Assembly (NCBI GenBank): GCA_905331295.1
Contig: CAJNYD010000011.1
Location: forward strand, 243,114-307,113
DNA length: 64,000 bases
Direction: 5' to 3'
Source: Rotaria socialis
Taxonomy: Eukaryota
In this document: positions 1 through 12,894 of the stretch, one piece after another
Layout of the letters: the number at the start of each line of letters is the position of its first letter
How positions within the stretch are numbered: the stretch's first letter is position 1
Position numbers and translations under genes: made by a program
Notes under the pieces: model-generated
Told to the model about the DNA's origin: nothing
The model's database searches: none
What the model saw: only the letters and a program-made list of their open reading frames with translations

Positions 1-62
1 TTTTTTCATATTATTTCTGTTCAGTTTTGAACGCTCTCTTCAAATCTATTCTTAGATTTTGT

Positions 63-164
63 TAGTGGCGGAGCCAGGATTTTGCACTGGGAGGGGTTCA
101 TGGGCGGCTAAAAATTACTTGAGGGAACTAAATCCCCCTCAGACACCCCGTGGATCCGCCACTA
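63..164. mobile_element. 102-bp hAT-like MITE
   Basis: TIRs tagtggcggagcca / tggatccgccacta (13/14 match); exact 8-bp TSD gattttgt at 55-62 and 165-172. Confidence 0.85.
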
Positions 165-515
165 GATTTTGTCTAATACAAACTGCAAGTCTGAAATTGA
201 ATTAGATTTCACAGCATTTGACCCAACAAAATTTGAAAATTCTAATTTTGTGTGAAATCCACGTAAAATCCGAAGCATTTTTTTAAATCTTTCATAAATT
301 CGGACTATGGTTTCAGAGAAGGCGAAAAAACTGATCTTGACTGCTCTATGAAATCAGCGGACAACTGTGTTCTTCATCAGGTAAAAATGTCATCTATCCG
401 ACCATGTACTAGGAATTGGTGTATCTCTATATATTATATTGAGATGAAAAACGAATAAAAACATCGAAATTCATTAAAAAATGAAAATAAAAATAAAAAT
501 TGTCGATATCACTGA

Positions 516-672
516 TAGGGGTCGTCGGCGGCGGCTAATAAATTTTAAAACTTCGCATGCCATCGGCGGCGCAGCGGCTGTAATAAAAGTGCCTCAGCGG
601 CGGCGGCTCAAAAAATCTTAAAATTTCCACTGCCACGGCGGCGGCGGCTCAGCCGCACGGCTGACACCTCTA
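516..672. mobile_element. Degenerate GC-rich MITE with cggcggcggct motifs
   Basis: Imperfect termini taggggtcgtcggc / gctgacacctcta; repeated cggcggcggc motifs in AT-rich context; no TSD found. Confidence 0.45.
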
Positions 673-826
673 CATACAAGTACTTATTCAGCGAACCATA
701 CTGCTGTGGTTACCCAATGCAGTACCTACATCAGTATGGTTACTGGGAATTTTCCAAGTATTCTTAATACGTACCCTGGTGTGACTTTCTCAGTATATGG
801 GTACCCTGAACTCAGTACATTCGCTA

Positions 827-3010
827 CACTGAAAAAAATAAAGGTGCTGTACGGAATCTTTAAGGTTTGGTGGTACCTTATTAAACCCTTAGAGTTATGG
901 TATGGACCTGCGAAACCTTTTGTAGGTTTAGTACTAGAAAAAGTTCGGTGTGATCGTTTTATAAGGTTCTGAAGTGGCAAAGGTTTCGTACCATACTTTT
1001 GTGAAAGTCAAAGTTGAGCCAAGTTTCGTATGAAACCCTTACACGTTTCGGAATATACCTCTAATAGGTTCGTCCAACTGAAAAATTGAAATGCTTTTCT
1101 TTTAAGTTCGCCATCACAATCCTCCATGATGTACGCTTATCCTTAAAACTATCAATCTCAGCTATCCATTATAGACTTTTCAAATTCAATGTTTATATGA
1201 TGTATATTTAGAGCCAATGTCAGTGTTTTTTTACACGTTGTCCAACAGAACTATTTGCCATGTAATTCTATCTTTTGAATGACAATTTTTGTTTTTCTGT
1301 TTTAGATTACCTAATTCAAACATTTATCTCAAATTACATTCAATACTCACATTGCTCTTCAAATCTTTGAGGTGAACAAATAAGAAATTTTTACTTGCAG
1401 CAATTATATCTGTTTCTTCTTCTGTCATAGATTACTAGAATTTATATTTGCAGTTATATTGTATATTGAAAGGGTTACATTTCTTTCAAGTCATTCCATT
1501 CAACATTACTTCAGGTAATTCTACATTTAACACTATCACTATATCTTTGTTTTATATTATTAGATCAAAATACTCGCTTCAGGTTTCATTCAACTTTCAA
1601 AAGCTTCTTTCGCCCAAGTCGTTCACCTTAACAATATTTCAGGTAAATCCATATTTGGGATTACTGTATATCCTTCTTTCCTCTATTGTAAATTATTAGA
1701 TAGAAATACTCTTCTCAATCTAAATGTAAATCTGAAAACGCTTTGTTTCGTTCAACTTGCAGAACTGAAGAATATTTCAGGTAGCTCAGGATTTTACAGA
1801 ATAATTTTCTTTTCTTTGTTGTAGCGTGTTGTATATAAAATTTCACTCCAAGTTAAATTTAACTTCGAAAATTCTTTTCTTCGCACAAATCACTATGCAA
1901 CCGAGTGGTATTTCAAGTGATTCTACATTGAATAGTATAGGCGCTTTTTCATCGTTGCAGATTATTAATTGGAAATATTTACTTATAGCTAGCCTCCACC
2001 TATGTTTCTTTCATTCAGATTACCCAACTAAACAATTTGGCAAATAATTTCAACACGAAAACTACGATCATTTTTTCTATTGCATGATTATTAAACCGAG
2101 GTATTGATATCGATATGGATGTCATATTTAAACTTTGGCTCGGTTCGGATTATTCGAGTCAATAATCTGGTTATGGTCTAGTGTTTTTAATAGTTGGCAA
2201 GTCTGACTAATTCATTGAAATATTTTCTATTTGTGTCTTATGTAAAGCCAATCAAGTTAGGTTGTTCGTTTGGTATCCTCCTGTTATATTTTGAACGTCT
2301 CACCGTGCCTTTCCTAGAGTCTTAATTTCTGAAGCTAAGATTAGACAACTAGAAAGAGCATTTTGAGCCCGTTCTGAACGGTAATTCTGGGAGAATCGAC
2401 CTTAATTTGGGTGAATTTGAAATAATAGGAGGAGTTTGCGATGATAAGAGTGCAACTCTGACGTTTTAACTTTGCGTATCGAGTTCTGTAAAGCAGAAAT
2501 GCCATTATAACGGCCTGTCTGGCCATCGAAAAATATGAAATTCAAGATGAGTTGATCTGTTTATATTATTTTGAAGTAGAGTGGTAAGCTAACTGAGAAC
2601 AGCATTATTGATCCCGTTTATTCCTTTTCTGTGTAAGAGATATATTTGAAAATATGAGTTTTTGGAGTTTGATGATCGACGTAAAGATTTCTAACGCAAG
2701 AAAAGGATAACTTGGGTCAATAGTGCTGCTCTCAAACAAACTCCTATTCTACTTCAATACAATGTAAAAGGCAAAAGGCAAAATAGATTTGAATTTCATA
2801 TTTTCCGGTGACTTAGTACGCCGGCTTGCTGACAGCTCTATTATTAAATTGGTATTGCGGAACTTAATCTGCAAAATCTAATTTTAAGTTTGTCTATTGG
2901 AATAAGTTTCATACTAAACCAGTTTCGTACGATACTTAAAAAGGTTTAGAATTCGTTTCAAAATTCGGAACCTTTTTAAGTTCGGTACGGTTCCTTTTTT
3001 CTTTTCAGTG
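827..3010. mobile_element. ~2.2-kb non-autonomous element with CACTG termini (CMC/EnSpm-like)
   Basis: Left cactgaaaaaaataaaggtgctgtacggaatctt vs reverse complement of right end cactgaaaagaaaaaaggaaccgtaccgaactt; TA on both flanks; interior has no intact ORF. Confidence 0.6.
2521..2812. repeat. Fold-back (long imperfect inverted repeat), probable nested MITE
   Basis: Arms of ~115 nt: aaaatatgaaattcaa...ttgaagtaga...tgagaacagcattattgatccc...ccttttct, mirrored by agaaaagg...gggtcaatagtgctgctctca...tctacttcaa...ttgaatttcatatttt. Confidence 0.7.
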
Positions 3011-4009
3011 TAGGAGACACACTTTTAAAAAACGAAATTTTATCCACCTAATATACATTTTCCATCAAACATTAGTAAAAAAACAAATTCCACTGTCATG
3101 AGTAGACATATATAATATCCAAGAAGTGCCAGTGCGTAGATGTAGATATTGATGAGGGTAATGGGGGCGGAGTCAGTAGGCTCGGCCAAGTATAAAATCT
3201 TCTATTATTATTTATTTTTCATGTTTTTTCGACCAATGATGTGTTCTTAGATTGCCAGTCCACATTTCAGCTACTTCTAATTTGTGTTCAATGGCATATT
3301 TTTCGAATTGCATTGGTGTCTAATTAGGTTAACATCGAATTCTCGCTTCTTAGTATAAGACAGCTGAATTTCGTTTTCAAAAATTCCATTTAAAATGATT
3401 TTAAAATTTTATCCCTGGCATAAAAGTCAGGTAAATAGAGGTCAATTGCAATTTATTTGAAGAAATCGTCGGCTAGTGGCTGTAATAGAGCCGGCTACTG
3501 AATCAGTAAAATCATTGGTTTTTCCTGATTTTCAGGACATAACTAAATACTTGAAAACCATTACTCCCTTCCTATTAGCGATGCCAGATAAACAAAATCA
3601 AGATTTATCTTTAGGGTGTGGTTGAAGAAGATACTAATAGTCATACCCTTAAGATTTAACTGAGCTTTTAAAAGTATCTTCTTTTGCCTTATGTGTAAAT
3701 GTTTTTTCTATATACTATAGCTTTTTGAAAAATAAATGATGTAAAATTAATACTAAGAAAATTTGGTGATCAAAAGTGTTCCGACTCCAATGTAATAAAG
3801 CAGTTTAATAATAATTGTTGTTCTTAGAACGTGTATTATTATTTATTATTATACTGTATTGTGAAATATGAGAAGAAAGATATGCAGATTCTCCTCAATA
3901 CTCAGGGTATTATTTATAATACTAATATTATCGAGAAATGAGAGACTTTGTTTATAGTATATACAGTAGTATATTGTTTTACAGTTAATAAAAATAAATA
4001 CTTGATTGT

Positions 4010-4297
4010 CCAGGTTGATCAAAACGGACTCGTTTACAGTCTGTTTATCGACGGTTAACGATGTCAAAACGATGTATTTATGGCAGTAAATAGGCCGTAT
4101 TTGCTCGTAATACCTGGCACAGTAATACGGCACCGTAAACGAGACTGAACTTTCATGGTTTACGGCTGTTTGTGCTCCGTACTCTCATGATCATATGGTC
4201 CGTATTACTGCGCCAGATATTACGGCAAATTTTCGCCCAGAAAATAGTCGTAAAGTAACCGTAAACGACCGTATACGGATCGTACTGTTCGACCTGG
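4010..4297. mobile_element. MITE with ccagg...cctgg termini
   Basis: Imperfect TIR ccaggttgatcaaaacggactcgtttac / gtatacggatcgtactgttcgacctgg; many internal tacgg/ccgta motifs; attg on both flanks (TSD length ambiguous). Confidence 0.65.
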
Positions 4298-5803
4298 ATT
4301 GACAAGTTTATGTACACGAATTGTTTTTAAATAGTAGACAAAGAAGAAATTATTTGACCGTAGGTAAAATCTATTATTATACTTATGTCAACACTTAGTG
4401 CGATGGAGGTTTTTCATTATTTCGGCTATCGAAGATAACTTCATCAAACAAAGAAACAAATTCGAATGCCCAAAACACGAAGTCTATTTTAAAACTAGTA
4501 GTAAAACAATAAAGAAATATGCTATCCGTGGAAAATGTCAAGATATCATCGAAGATCGAAAAATGCAGACATTGACTCACCCTATGTCTAAGAATTTATT
4601 TCTAAGTGCCCGTAAATAAAGTTTTATCATAAAATTAAACTGCAAACAGTTCATCTTGATGTTGTAAACTAGTAATCACTATCGGCAACAGCTCACATAA
4701 TTAATATGCTTATTTGTTGTTTATAAATTATTAATTGAAACGGGCTACAAGGAAAACTGTGCCATTTTTTACTAAAATATCAACAACAGTAAAAATTTCT
4801 GTTTTTTTCAATACAAAAAAATTGAAAGGTTACATTCGTGAGATTTGACTTAGTTATTACAGACTATACCCATTTGTATTTGTACTAATTACTTACTCAA
4901 CTGAATGGAAAGAAGAGAATAGAGGACAGGATTTTTACTCATTCTACCCTCTAGGTTATATTGCATACTAAACTTGAATTCTCTTTAAATAAATGATTAA
5001 AAATCAAAATATAAAACTTATCATGAGTCAACAAAAACCAGTATTTCATCTAATGAGAACTTACAGAAGTACTAATGAGCATTCTCGATAATTATCAAAT
5101 CGTTATAACTAATCAAAATAAAAATTGAACACTTTTGATTTAAAAAAATATTAACAGCTTCAAGGTAATATTCTATCATGCTTGCGAGCGAGCGAGGTCG
5201 ATTCTTAAGTTTTTTTTCTTTCCTTTAACTGTTTGTAAAGCACAGTTAAAAGCGTACAATTCAAATAGCCGTGACATGTATTTTAGCTGTGGAATAAGTT
5301 TATGCGATGTTCTATTTGCATAAGCTATTATATTAACAAAAAAGTATGAAATGACGTCAAAAAATGCATAACATGAGTTGCGATTATCAAATAAAATATG
5401 TATTTTTCTTTTCACCATGATTCCTTTCATAGACTTCGGATTCTGTTTCACATGCAAGTAAGTACTGCCAATTCGAGAGATTGTGTCCTAAATAATACTT
5501 CAGAAAATGGTTATTCGATATAGTAGAAATGTAGACTATTTGCATGAGTGAAAAGTATAAATCAATGCCAAGAAACTGAGAATGTACGCAAAAGTGAGAC
5601 AAGCATATGCAGAAATCAATATAAATCCATTCGCTTGTTACTGTTTGTTTGCATGAGTATGATGATGTTTAGAACGAGCAAGATTAGCATCACAATCAAG
5701 AACCGATAGTTTACACCAGATAAATTTTCTCAAGGAAAGGCATATACCAGAGTTCTTAAAAATATATTCTAGATAAAATTTTACTCTTCGAGACGTACAA
5801 AAA

Positions 5804-6364
5804 ATGGCGGAAATGAATACTTGGAACGGTAAGTATAATTTTTTATGTCTGAAACTATGATCATTAACAAAAAATAAATATGTTTTAACATTCAATTCTA
5901 GAAAGCTTATTTGGCTGCTGCGATGATTTTCCCATATGTTGTTTTGGATGTTGCTGTACGCCATGTTTATTTGGTTCAAATGCTGAGAAAATTGATGACA
6001 GTAGTTGCTTGGGATTCTGTTGTATATACTGGTTGCTAGCACATTTCTATATGTGCTGGCTACCACACTATTTAAAAAGAGAAAAACTTCGAAGAATCTA
6101 TAACCTACGTGAAGATGCAACCTGTAGTGATATACCAGCTACGTTGTGTTGTGGTCCATGCGCATTATGTCAGGAGGCTCGTGAGATGAAATCGAGAGGC
6201 AAGCAACTGCAATTACTCCCATTATCTAAGAATTCCTGTATTTAGGTCACAATGGACGAAGCAATCAACAGATGAGTTATCAGGTTACCAATCAGCCAAC
6301 TTTCTCTCAACCAATATACAGTAGACCACCTCCCCAAGAAGCATACGAATCACGTCATTTCTGA
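5804..6364 (+). CDS. PLAC8/cornifelin-family cysteine-rich protein (3 exons)
   Basis: Exons 5804-5828, 5902-6198, 6246-6364 give MAEMNTWNESLFGCCDDFPICCFGCCCTPCLFG...REKLRRIYNL...CCGPCALCQEAREMK, the PLAC8 signature; second intron is GC-AG. Confidence 0.85.
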
Positions 6365-6906
6365 TCGAATAATCAGCCAAATTATATGACAGCTCAACAA
6401 ATTGAACCGATCATACAATTATTCAAGTGTTCAGCGTACTTTTCTCCTATGACGATAAATTTCATTTTATTTGAAAGACCAGTAGATCTTGTGTATTATT
6501 TTGCTCGTATGATCCTTTTCTGCTTCTCTAATTTGCTTCACCTATCCGATGAACGTTTATTTGATTTGTTGTTCAATACAGGCAAATGCTTGTGAAACAA
6601 ACTGAGAAACTGTTTCAGTGGTTGGTATTTCATCAAAAAACTACCAGTCTAGAATTTAGATATACTAAATAGTTCATTTTTTATTTAGCATCATGAACGA
6701 GTTCTTTTGGCACTGTTTGATAACAAGATTATCTTAAATTAATAAGCTAGGCCAATCGTACTTGTTATTATTGAATTTTAACTTTTGCTTAAATAGGACA
6801 AGCAGGTCTTTTTGTATGCGATATGATAAGACTCTGAAAACTATATAATTTCTTATCTATTGTAAAGAGTCCTTTTTTCTTCTTTGCTTCGATATCATCA
6901 CATCCT

Positions 6907-7783
6907 ATGACAGCTACAAACAACCAGTCGATTTTACAATCTTTCAACATTCGTCCGTGTACGATCGCGGATGAAGAGAGTGCTATTGATGTTTGTTTAA
7001 AGACTGGAGATGCCGGTAACGATGCAACTTTGCTGTATGATGATCCGAAACTATTGGGATATCGATTCGTTTCACCATACATTCATTTATCTCCGGAACT
7101 TGCATTTATCTTAGAAGATTTGGAAGGCAATGTATGCGGCTATGTACTTGGTACTTTACATTCTGATATTTTCTACCAACAATACGTGAATGAATGGCTT
7201 TCAAAAGTAAAACAATTGTATCCAAAAGTTCCATCAGGTTAATGAAGTATGCCTTTTTTTTGGTCGGGAGTTAAAATTCAATGAGGGCAAATATTTAAAT
7301 AAATATTGGCATAAAACATTTTTGTAAATTATTTGATAATTTTTTGGATTTACTGTTGTAGACGAAGAAAGTGTGAAACAAGATCGAGAAGTTTTACGCA
7401 GTTTTCACAACGATAACTTACAGTCATTTAAACTTTTCGATGGCTATCCATCACATCTTCATATTGATCTCCTTCCAAAAGCTCAAGGTTACTTGATATA
7501 TTAAAAATAAAAACATCTAATAATTTTAATATTAAAGGACAAGGTTATGGGACAAAAATGATTCATCACATCGTAGATGAATTGAAACGACTTGGATCGA
7601 AAGGCGTTCATTTACGTATGCCAAATTCTATTTTCACGTTAACAACATTTTGTGAAAGCAATCTTTTTATATTTAGAAATGTCTGCAAATAATGCTAGAG
7701 CTTTTCGTTTTTATACAAAAGTTGGCTTCACTGTTCTTGAACAAGATCCAGAAACTATTTGGTTCGGTAAAAAGTTGACATAG
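6907..7783 (+). CDS. GNAT-family N-acetyltransferase, bacterial/OGA-C-terminal-like (4 exons)
   Basis: Exons 6907-7237, 7362-7487, 7538-7615, 7677-7783; motifs CLKTGDAGNDA, PYIHLSPELAFIL, YPSHLHIDLLPKAQGQGYG, KGVHL, NARAFRFYTKVGF. Confidence 0.88.
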
Positions 7784-8966
7784 TCCATCACATTTTCCCT
7801 ACTGACTATCATGAAAACAATGAGATGTATTGACTATTTATACCACGAGTAATTTCTTTTTATAAAAAAAATTAGATAAACAATTACATTTATAATTTTA
7901 TCTTTTAAAGATTAGAAAATCTGAAAAATATCGAAAGAAACATCAGAGACCAGCATATTGATGATATTTCTCAGTTGTTAGTGGGGATTAGTTTTAAAAA
8001 TAATATTTTACTTCTATAGTAAAATATAGTCAAGCCATATGTTCTCTCAGTCGTATACGTCAAATCTACTGGAAATAAATCGATTAAAGTATCATGCCTC
8101 TCTTTTGAGTCAAACAAGAATGAAAGAAAAATATAATACGTTTACTTTTCGTTAAGTTCTTTTAACTGGTACGGAAATATTTCACCATCGACTCACGAAT
8201 CATTTTTTCGTCCTGTACGATGGTGCCTATAAATTGATTTCATTCGTGTTTGGTGCTACTAGATAGTGTTCTGAAAATGATTAAAAATTCGAAATACTTT
8301 CTTATGAAAGTAGCTCTTAGACGTCAGAATTTTGATTAAGTTTAACTGTTCTTCCATTGCTCTAATAATTTTGTAATTTCCAAAGTCATTTATTCTATTC
8401 TATTCAATTCAAACTGGTAGGCAGTTTATTCATTTTGATAAACGTTACAATTTCGTATTTGCTTTGAATGTAATCAGCTACTACTCTAGAACTATTTATT
8501 GAGACTCAACGTACGTAGTGTAACATGTGGTTCTTCAATAGCTTAGAATAATATCAATACATGTGAAATTCGATCATTCTATAATCAATGAATAGGAATG
8601 AAAATATATGTATCGAGTTACACTTGTTGTTAAGACTATTTTGTTTCTAAACAACATGCATGCATTACATTTGATAACATAAATGGAATCCGAAAGTAAG
8701 TATAAATTAATATTGCAATGGATAAAAATTAAAAGCAACCCGTTAGATCTGCATGAAAGGCACGAAAACAAAATGTTTTTCTAATAAAGCAAAGCAAACT
8801 GAAGTATTGATGTAGCTATTACTCGTGTAAATTATTATCGGTAGAATAATTCACTCTAGGGATTTATTTTTATTTGTTAACGAAAAGAGGTAATGTTAAA
8901 ATCAAAGGAAATATGAGTGAATTGGGTGTTTAACTTCGGTTATGATCGCGTGAAAAAAAAGCAAAA

Positions 8967-9374
8967 TTAAGCTTTGTGACATTCTTGCATTGCTTCAAGA
9001 ATAGTCTGACCATTTTGTTGAAGCATCATCTTTGGCGGATGACTCATGAAATGACCAAAAGCATAATTTGAGAGAAATTGTCCAAAACGTTGATCAGGTA
9101 CAAGATGCCAAAGTTCTTCAATTTTCTGAATGATGTCTTGCTGAAGCTCAGTGAGTTCTGAAGGAGATGTTGACAATAATTGAGCTTTGTTAATGGCTTC
9201 ATTGAAACGTTGCTCAGTTTGAGTGTCTTCAGGATGAAAGATATCCCCTCGAGATTCTATCCAATCTGTCCAAATCCACTTTTGGAGAAGTGCACCTAAT
9301 GTTAAAGTATGATCATATGTCCACAGTTGAGCTGCGAGATCTATAATTCGCTTGATTCGTTCAAATTCTCTCAT
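8967..9374 (-). CDS. 135-aa protein with two YihD/DUF1040-like (phage-type) helical repeats
   Basis: ATG at 9374 after a probable 5'UTR intron (~9383-9445); repeat 1 MREFERIKRIIDLAAQLWTYDHTLTLGALLQK...DIFHPED, repeat 2 QQDIIQKIEELWHLVPDQRFGQFLSN. Confidence 0.6.
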   Translation of the reverse strand: MREFERIKRIIDLAAQLWTYDHTLTLGALLQKWIWTDWIESRGDIFHPEDTQTEQRFNEAINKAQLLSTSPSELTELQQDIIQKIEELWHLVPDQRFGQFLSNYAFGHFMSHPPKMMLQQNGQTILEAMQECHKA

Positions 9375-9516
9375 CACTATTCTAAAACATAAAATATAGT
9401 TTGAATTTTTAACCGTACTAATATTTGTTTTGTTTGTAAACTTACGTACTTCTTTCTCAGTGATAGAAAAACGTGGAGACATCAAGGAAAATGCTTTATA
9501 ATGCAGTGATTTCATC

Positions 9517-10747
9517 CAGGGGTCGCACCAGCATGTGTCTCAAAATCAGGAATTCAGACAGGACATAAATTGGAAAAAAATCCGGATTTTTGATAAGAAT
9601 CAGGACATTTGTAGACTTGTTTGGATAACGCACTAAGCGATTAAACTTTCTCAAAATTGAATAAAGTAATGGTAATTTATTTTTATAACCACGTGTATTG
9701 CTTCGATGAGCTTCATAAATCATGAAGGAAAAATCAAAAATGTGAAGAAATCGCTTTTCGTTGGATGCTTGCTTCTAATTCTTTTTTTGTGGAACTCACA
9801 TATATTTTCGAAAAAAATAGTGAGTGTAAGTTGAATTGTTAGGTGTTTACGGCTCCCCTGTACTCCACCCCAACCCCTCCCCATTACAGACATAAAATAT
9901 AAAAAACAGTAACACTTAGATGCACTAATTAGAAACGTTTTTGGTACAGGTCGATTGCCTATGTTCATCGCTACTCACATCAGTAATAAAAATCTAGTTT
10001 CACTAATTAGAAATCATTATAATTAGGATTTAATCTCTAATTAATCATCAAAATCTGTCGTTTTTATTATTAGTCCATAGTTACGATAGTATCATATATT
10101 TTTATTATTACAGACGTTAGCAACGGGTGTATGCTACCGCTACAGAAGCTAGCAACTAGTGTATTTACAATTCGCAACTTTTCCATCCGCTGGGAAGCTT
10201 TTATCAAATTTTCGTTTATGAAAAAATGTATCAATTTCTCACCTGATAATACGAAAAAATATAAATTTCTCAATATTATTGATAGCTATATCCTAAATAC
10301 TGTTTAAACTATTATTATCCACAATATTTCTCAATGGAACCACTGAACACTTCAGCATACTAACATATTCTAAACAAAAAGTTTTTTATACGTTCTCTCT
10401 AGTAATATTTCCTATTGATAGATTCAATAAACTTGAAATGTTTAAAAGGTTTTATTATCTTATTTTTGAACAAAATATGATCTCACTATTCTGAAAAAAT
10501 AAAACTTCTATTTGATCAGTATCTAATTGATCGAAATATGTGAGTTCCACATTTTAGTCCCAACGGGGCTGCGCTGAAAAGCTTTTTCGTAAAACTTCTC
10601 AAATAATTACATCTATATAAACCTTGAAATATTGATCATAGCAAAAGAAAATGTGAAAGTCATTAATATTTAGGCCTATTGGTAAAAAATCATAAAATAT
10701 CAGGACATCAAAAAGAAATCAGGAAAGTAGTACTGCTGCGAGGCCTG
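9517..10747. mobile_element. ~1.2-kb non-autonomous TIR element (hAT-like)
   Basis: Termini caggggtcgcaccagca / tactgctgcgaggcctg; subterminal (a)atcagga motifs at both ends; near-duplicate flanks tgatttcatc / tgattcatc. Confidence 0.6.
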
Positions 10748-11329
10748 TGATTCATCCAAACGAATATCAATGATGAAAGAAAAAGAAAGAATCAATATCA
10801 AAATTCGTGCATCAACGTTTGTGAAATATCCAACGTCATTTCTCAATATAGCTGAAAGTCAATATAAGCTCGCCTTTTTAAGTAAAGCAGAACATAGATG
10901 ACGCATCATAACGATCGTAAATGATTGTAAATTGACTGTTGTCAGTAGTGCATCGATCATATTTTAATGACACTTACAATATAGTAACAAAATTGATAGA
11001 TTTGGTCTCCATAGTGAATTTAATATAACCAGTCTCTAGTCTAAATCAAATATTCAATCTGCTTCTTGACAACAATAAAGATTGGTCATGTAGCGTTATT
11101 AGATAGAATTTTAGTAGCCATCATCTTACTACTCGTCTCGACTTATAATAAACTGCTTCCTTGTATATCAGAATTACTCGACACTGGCCAGAGGAAAATT
11201 CTGAGATAGGAAATCAAAATCATTTCTTATGAACACTTCATTTACACGAAACATAGAGATGTCTCCGTGAATTCATTTGCATTTGTTTTTTCTTTGAGCG
11301 TGAAACATTAGATTGAGTCGATACATACA

Positions 11330-11485
11330 ATTACAACACGATGTGACACGCACTTGTCGTTGTGATAAAAGTATAACGTTTAATAAACAACCTGGAATAC
11401 CAAATATGAGACACGCTGAACAAACATAACGAATCAATTGTTGCTGCATATAAACCAGTGTTGGAGGTATCCACGATGAATCCAT
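11330..11485 (-). pseudogene. Orphan first exon of a 7TM GPCR (TM1 only)
   Basis: MDSSW...LIRYVCSACLIFGIPGCLLNVILLSQRQVRVTSC resembles the N-terminus/TM1 of the GPCR at 51443-52435 (INRYFSIVIFLFGTIGNILNIIILSQRQLRTNPC); gtatgt donor follows; no downstream GPCR exons recognised. Confidence 0.55.
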
Positions 11486-11689
11486 TCGAATGGATGAAGT
11501 TCGTCGACTTCTTGTTTTTGTTTGGCAACTAGTCGGATACTAAATAATATTTTTAGCAGTAACACAACGCCTTCGGTTTTAAGTTAACTTCTTAGAAAAT
11601 AAATTTAGATTTAGATGTCTGCCCGAGACATGCCTATAAGCATGGATGTGATATATTAATAAAGAAGGATAGGTCTGGAATGAGATTTA

Positions 11690-11935
11690 CAATTATAGAT
11701 CGGTCAGATGGTCCAGCTTTCTGTCCACCATACAAGGTGCTCATCCCTGGAGAATCATTCCGACAGTAGGATCCTATCGGATTCCGACAAGGATCAGACA
11801 GTGAATATGCCGAATATCATATGTGCTTCAATAAAACCGAAGAAATCTTATGGAATTCCTGGACACGGACCTACAGTCGGATCCTTGGTATTGAATTCAA
11901 TCGGATCCGATGTTGGATTTTAACGGAATTCAATT
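11690..11935. repeat. Repeat fragment rich in tcggatcc/ggatccga motifs, likely MITE remnant
   Basis: Clustered atcggattccgac, gtcggatcc, atcggatccga motifs at elevated GC; termini not resolved. Confidence 0.4.
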
Positions 11936-12717
11936 CTAACGAGGGTGTGGGGTGTGGGTGTTCTTATCTCTCTTCACACCCACACTCATAAAAATATTTT
12001 CAAGGAAAAAAAAGAACTTTTCATCGCATGAATTATGAAGTAGTTAAAGCATAAATAAAAATGCATTGATAATGCTAAATAATTTAATGTACAACTATAT
12101 AGCTCTTTATGCTAAATTCTTCTCTTTGTTGTTCTCCTTTCTTTGAACTTGACCTGCTTGTTGAAAATTATGTTTATATGAAGATAAACTTCAATCTAGC
12201 AAAGATCTGGTTGAGACATAAGAAAATGCTATTTTAAAAATAAAAGTATTTAAATTTCATTGCCAGATATTGACGTTTTTTTTATATGATTTTGATTAAA
12301 AATTTCAATTTATTTAAATGCACAAAAAGGATCTCGATATCCTACGCAAAAATTTTGATTTACGACTAATATGTCAAAGGTATACTTCAGGATGAAGCTG
12401 TAATTCCGACTTGTCTCACTGTTTCAGTGTGACTGCGTCGATAAACTAACAACAGCAAAAAATATTACTCAATAGTAATTATCTCACCTATTTTGGATCA
12501 TTGAGTATTATTTGAATCCATGACACATTCTAAATAGAATGCCTTGAAACGGGTCAGAAAATCTTTTTGTTTCGATTGGTTAATACCATATATTTCTTCT
12601 AGATTCATTAAATTTCTGAATTTCAATCGAACTTGGTCTATAATAATTATCTTTTCATGAATAGTGTTATACTTTATTTTCTATTCAATATTAGTGTTCC
12701 TAGTAAGTCTTACATTT

Positions 12718-12894
12718 CAGTGGCAGATCCACCAGTTAGGCTACCCGGCGATCGCCACTCCCCTTAAGAAATTTTTTTCGATTTCCCCCAGCAGAAATGA
12801 AATAGAAAATAGTCGCTCTGCATCAACTAGACTTGAAAAACTGGTTTTTGGCCAGGAGCCCCACCCCCTAACAGATTTTCTGGATCCGCCACTG
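12718..12894. mobile_element. 177-bp hAT-like MITE, same terminal family as 63-164
   Basis: TIRs cagtggcagatcca / tggatccgccactg; exact 8-bp TSD ttacattt at 12710-12717 and 12895-12902. Confidence 0.85.

Noticed and set aside
3170..3510. Possible TIR pair cagtaggctcggc / gccggctactg
   Set aside because: Match is short and imperfect, with no TSD
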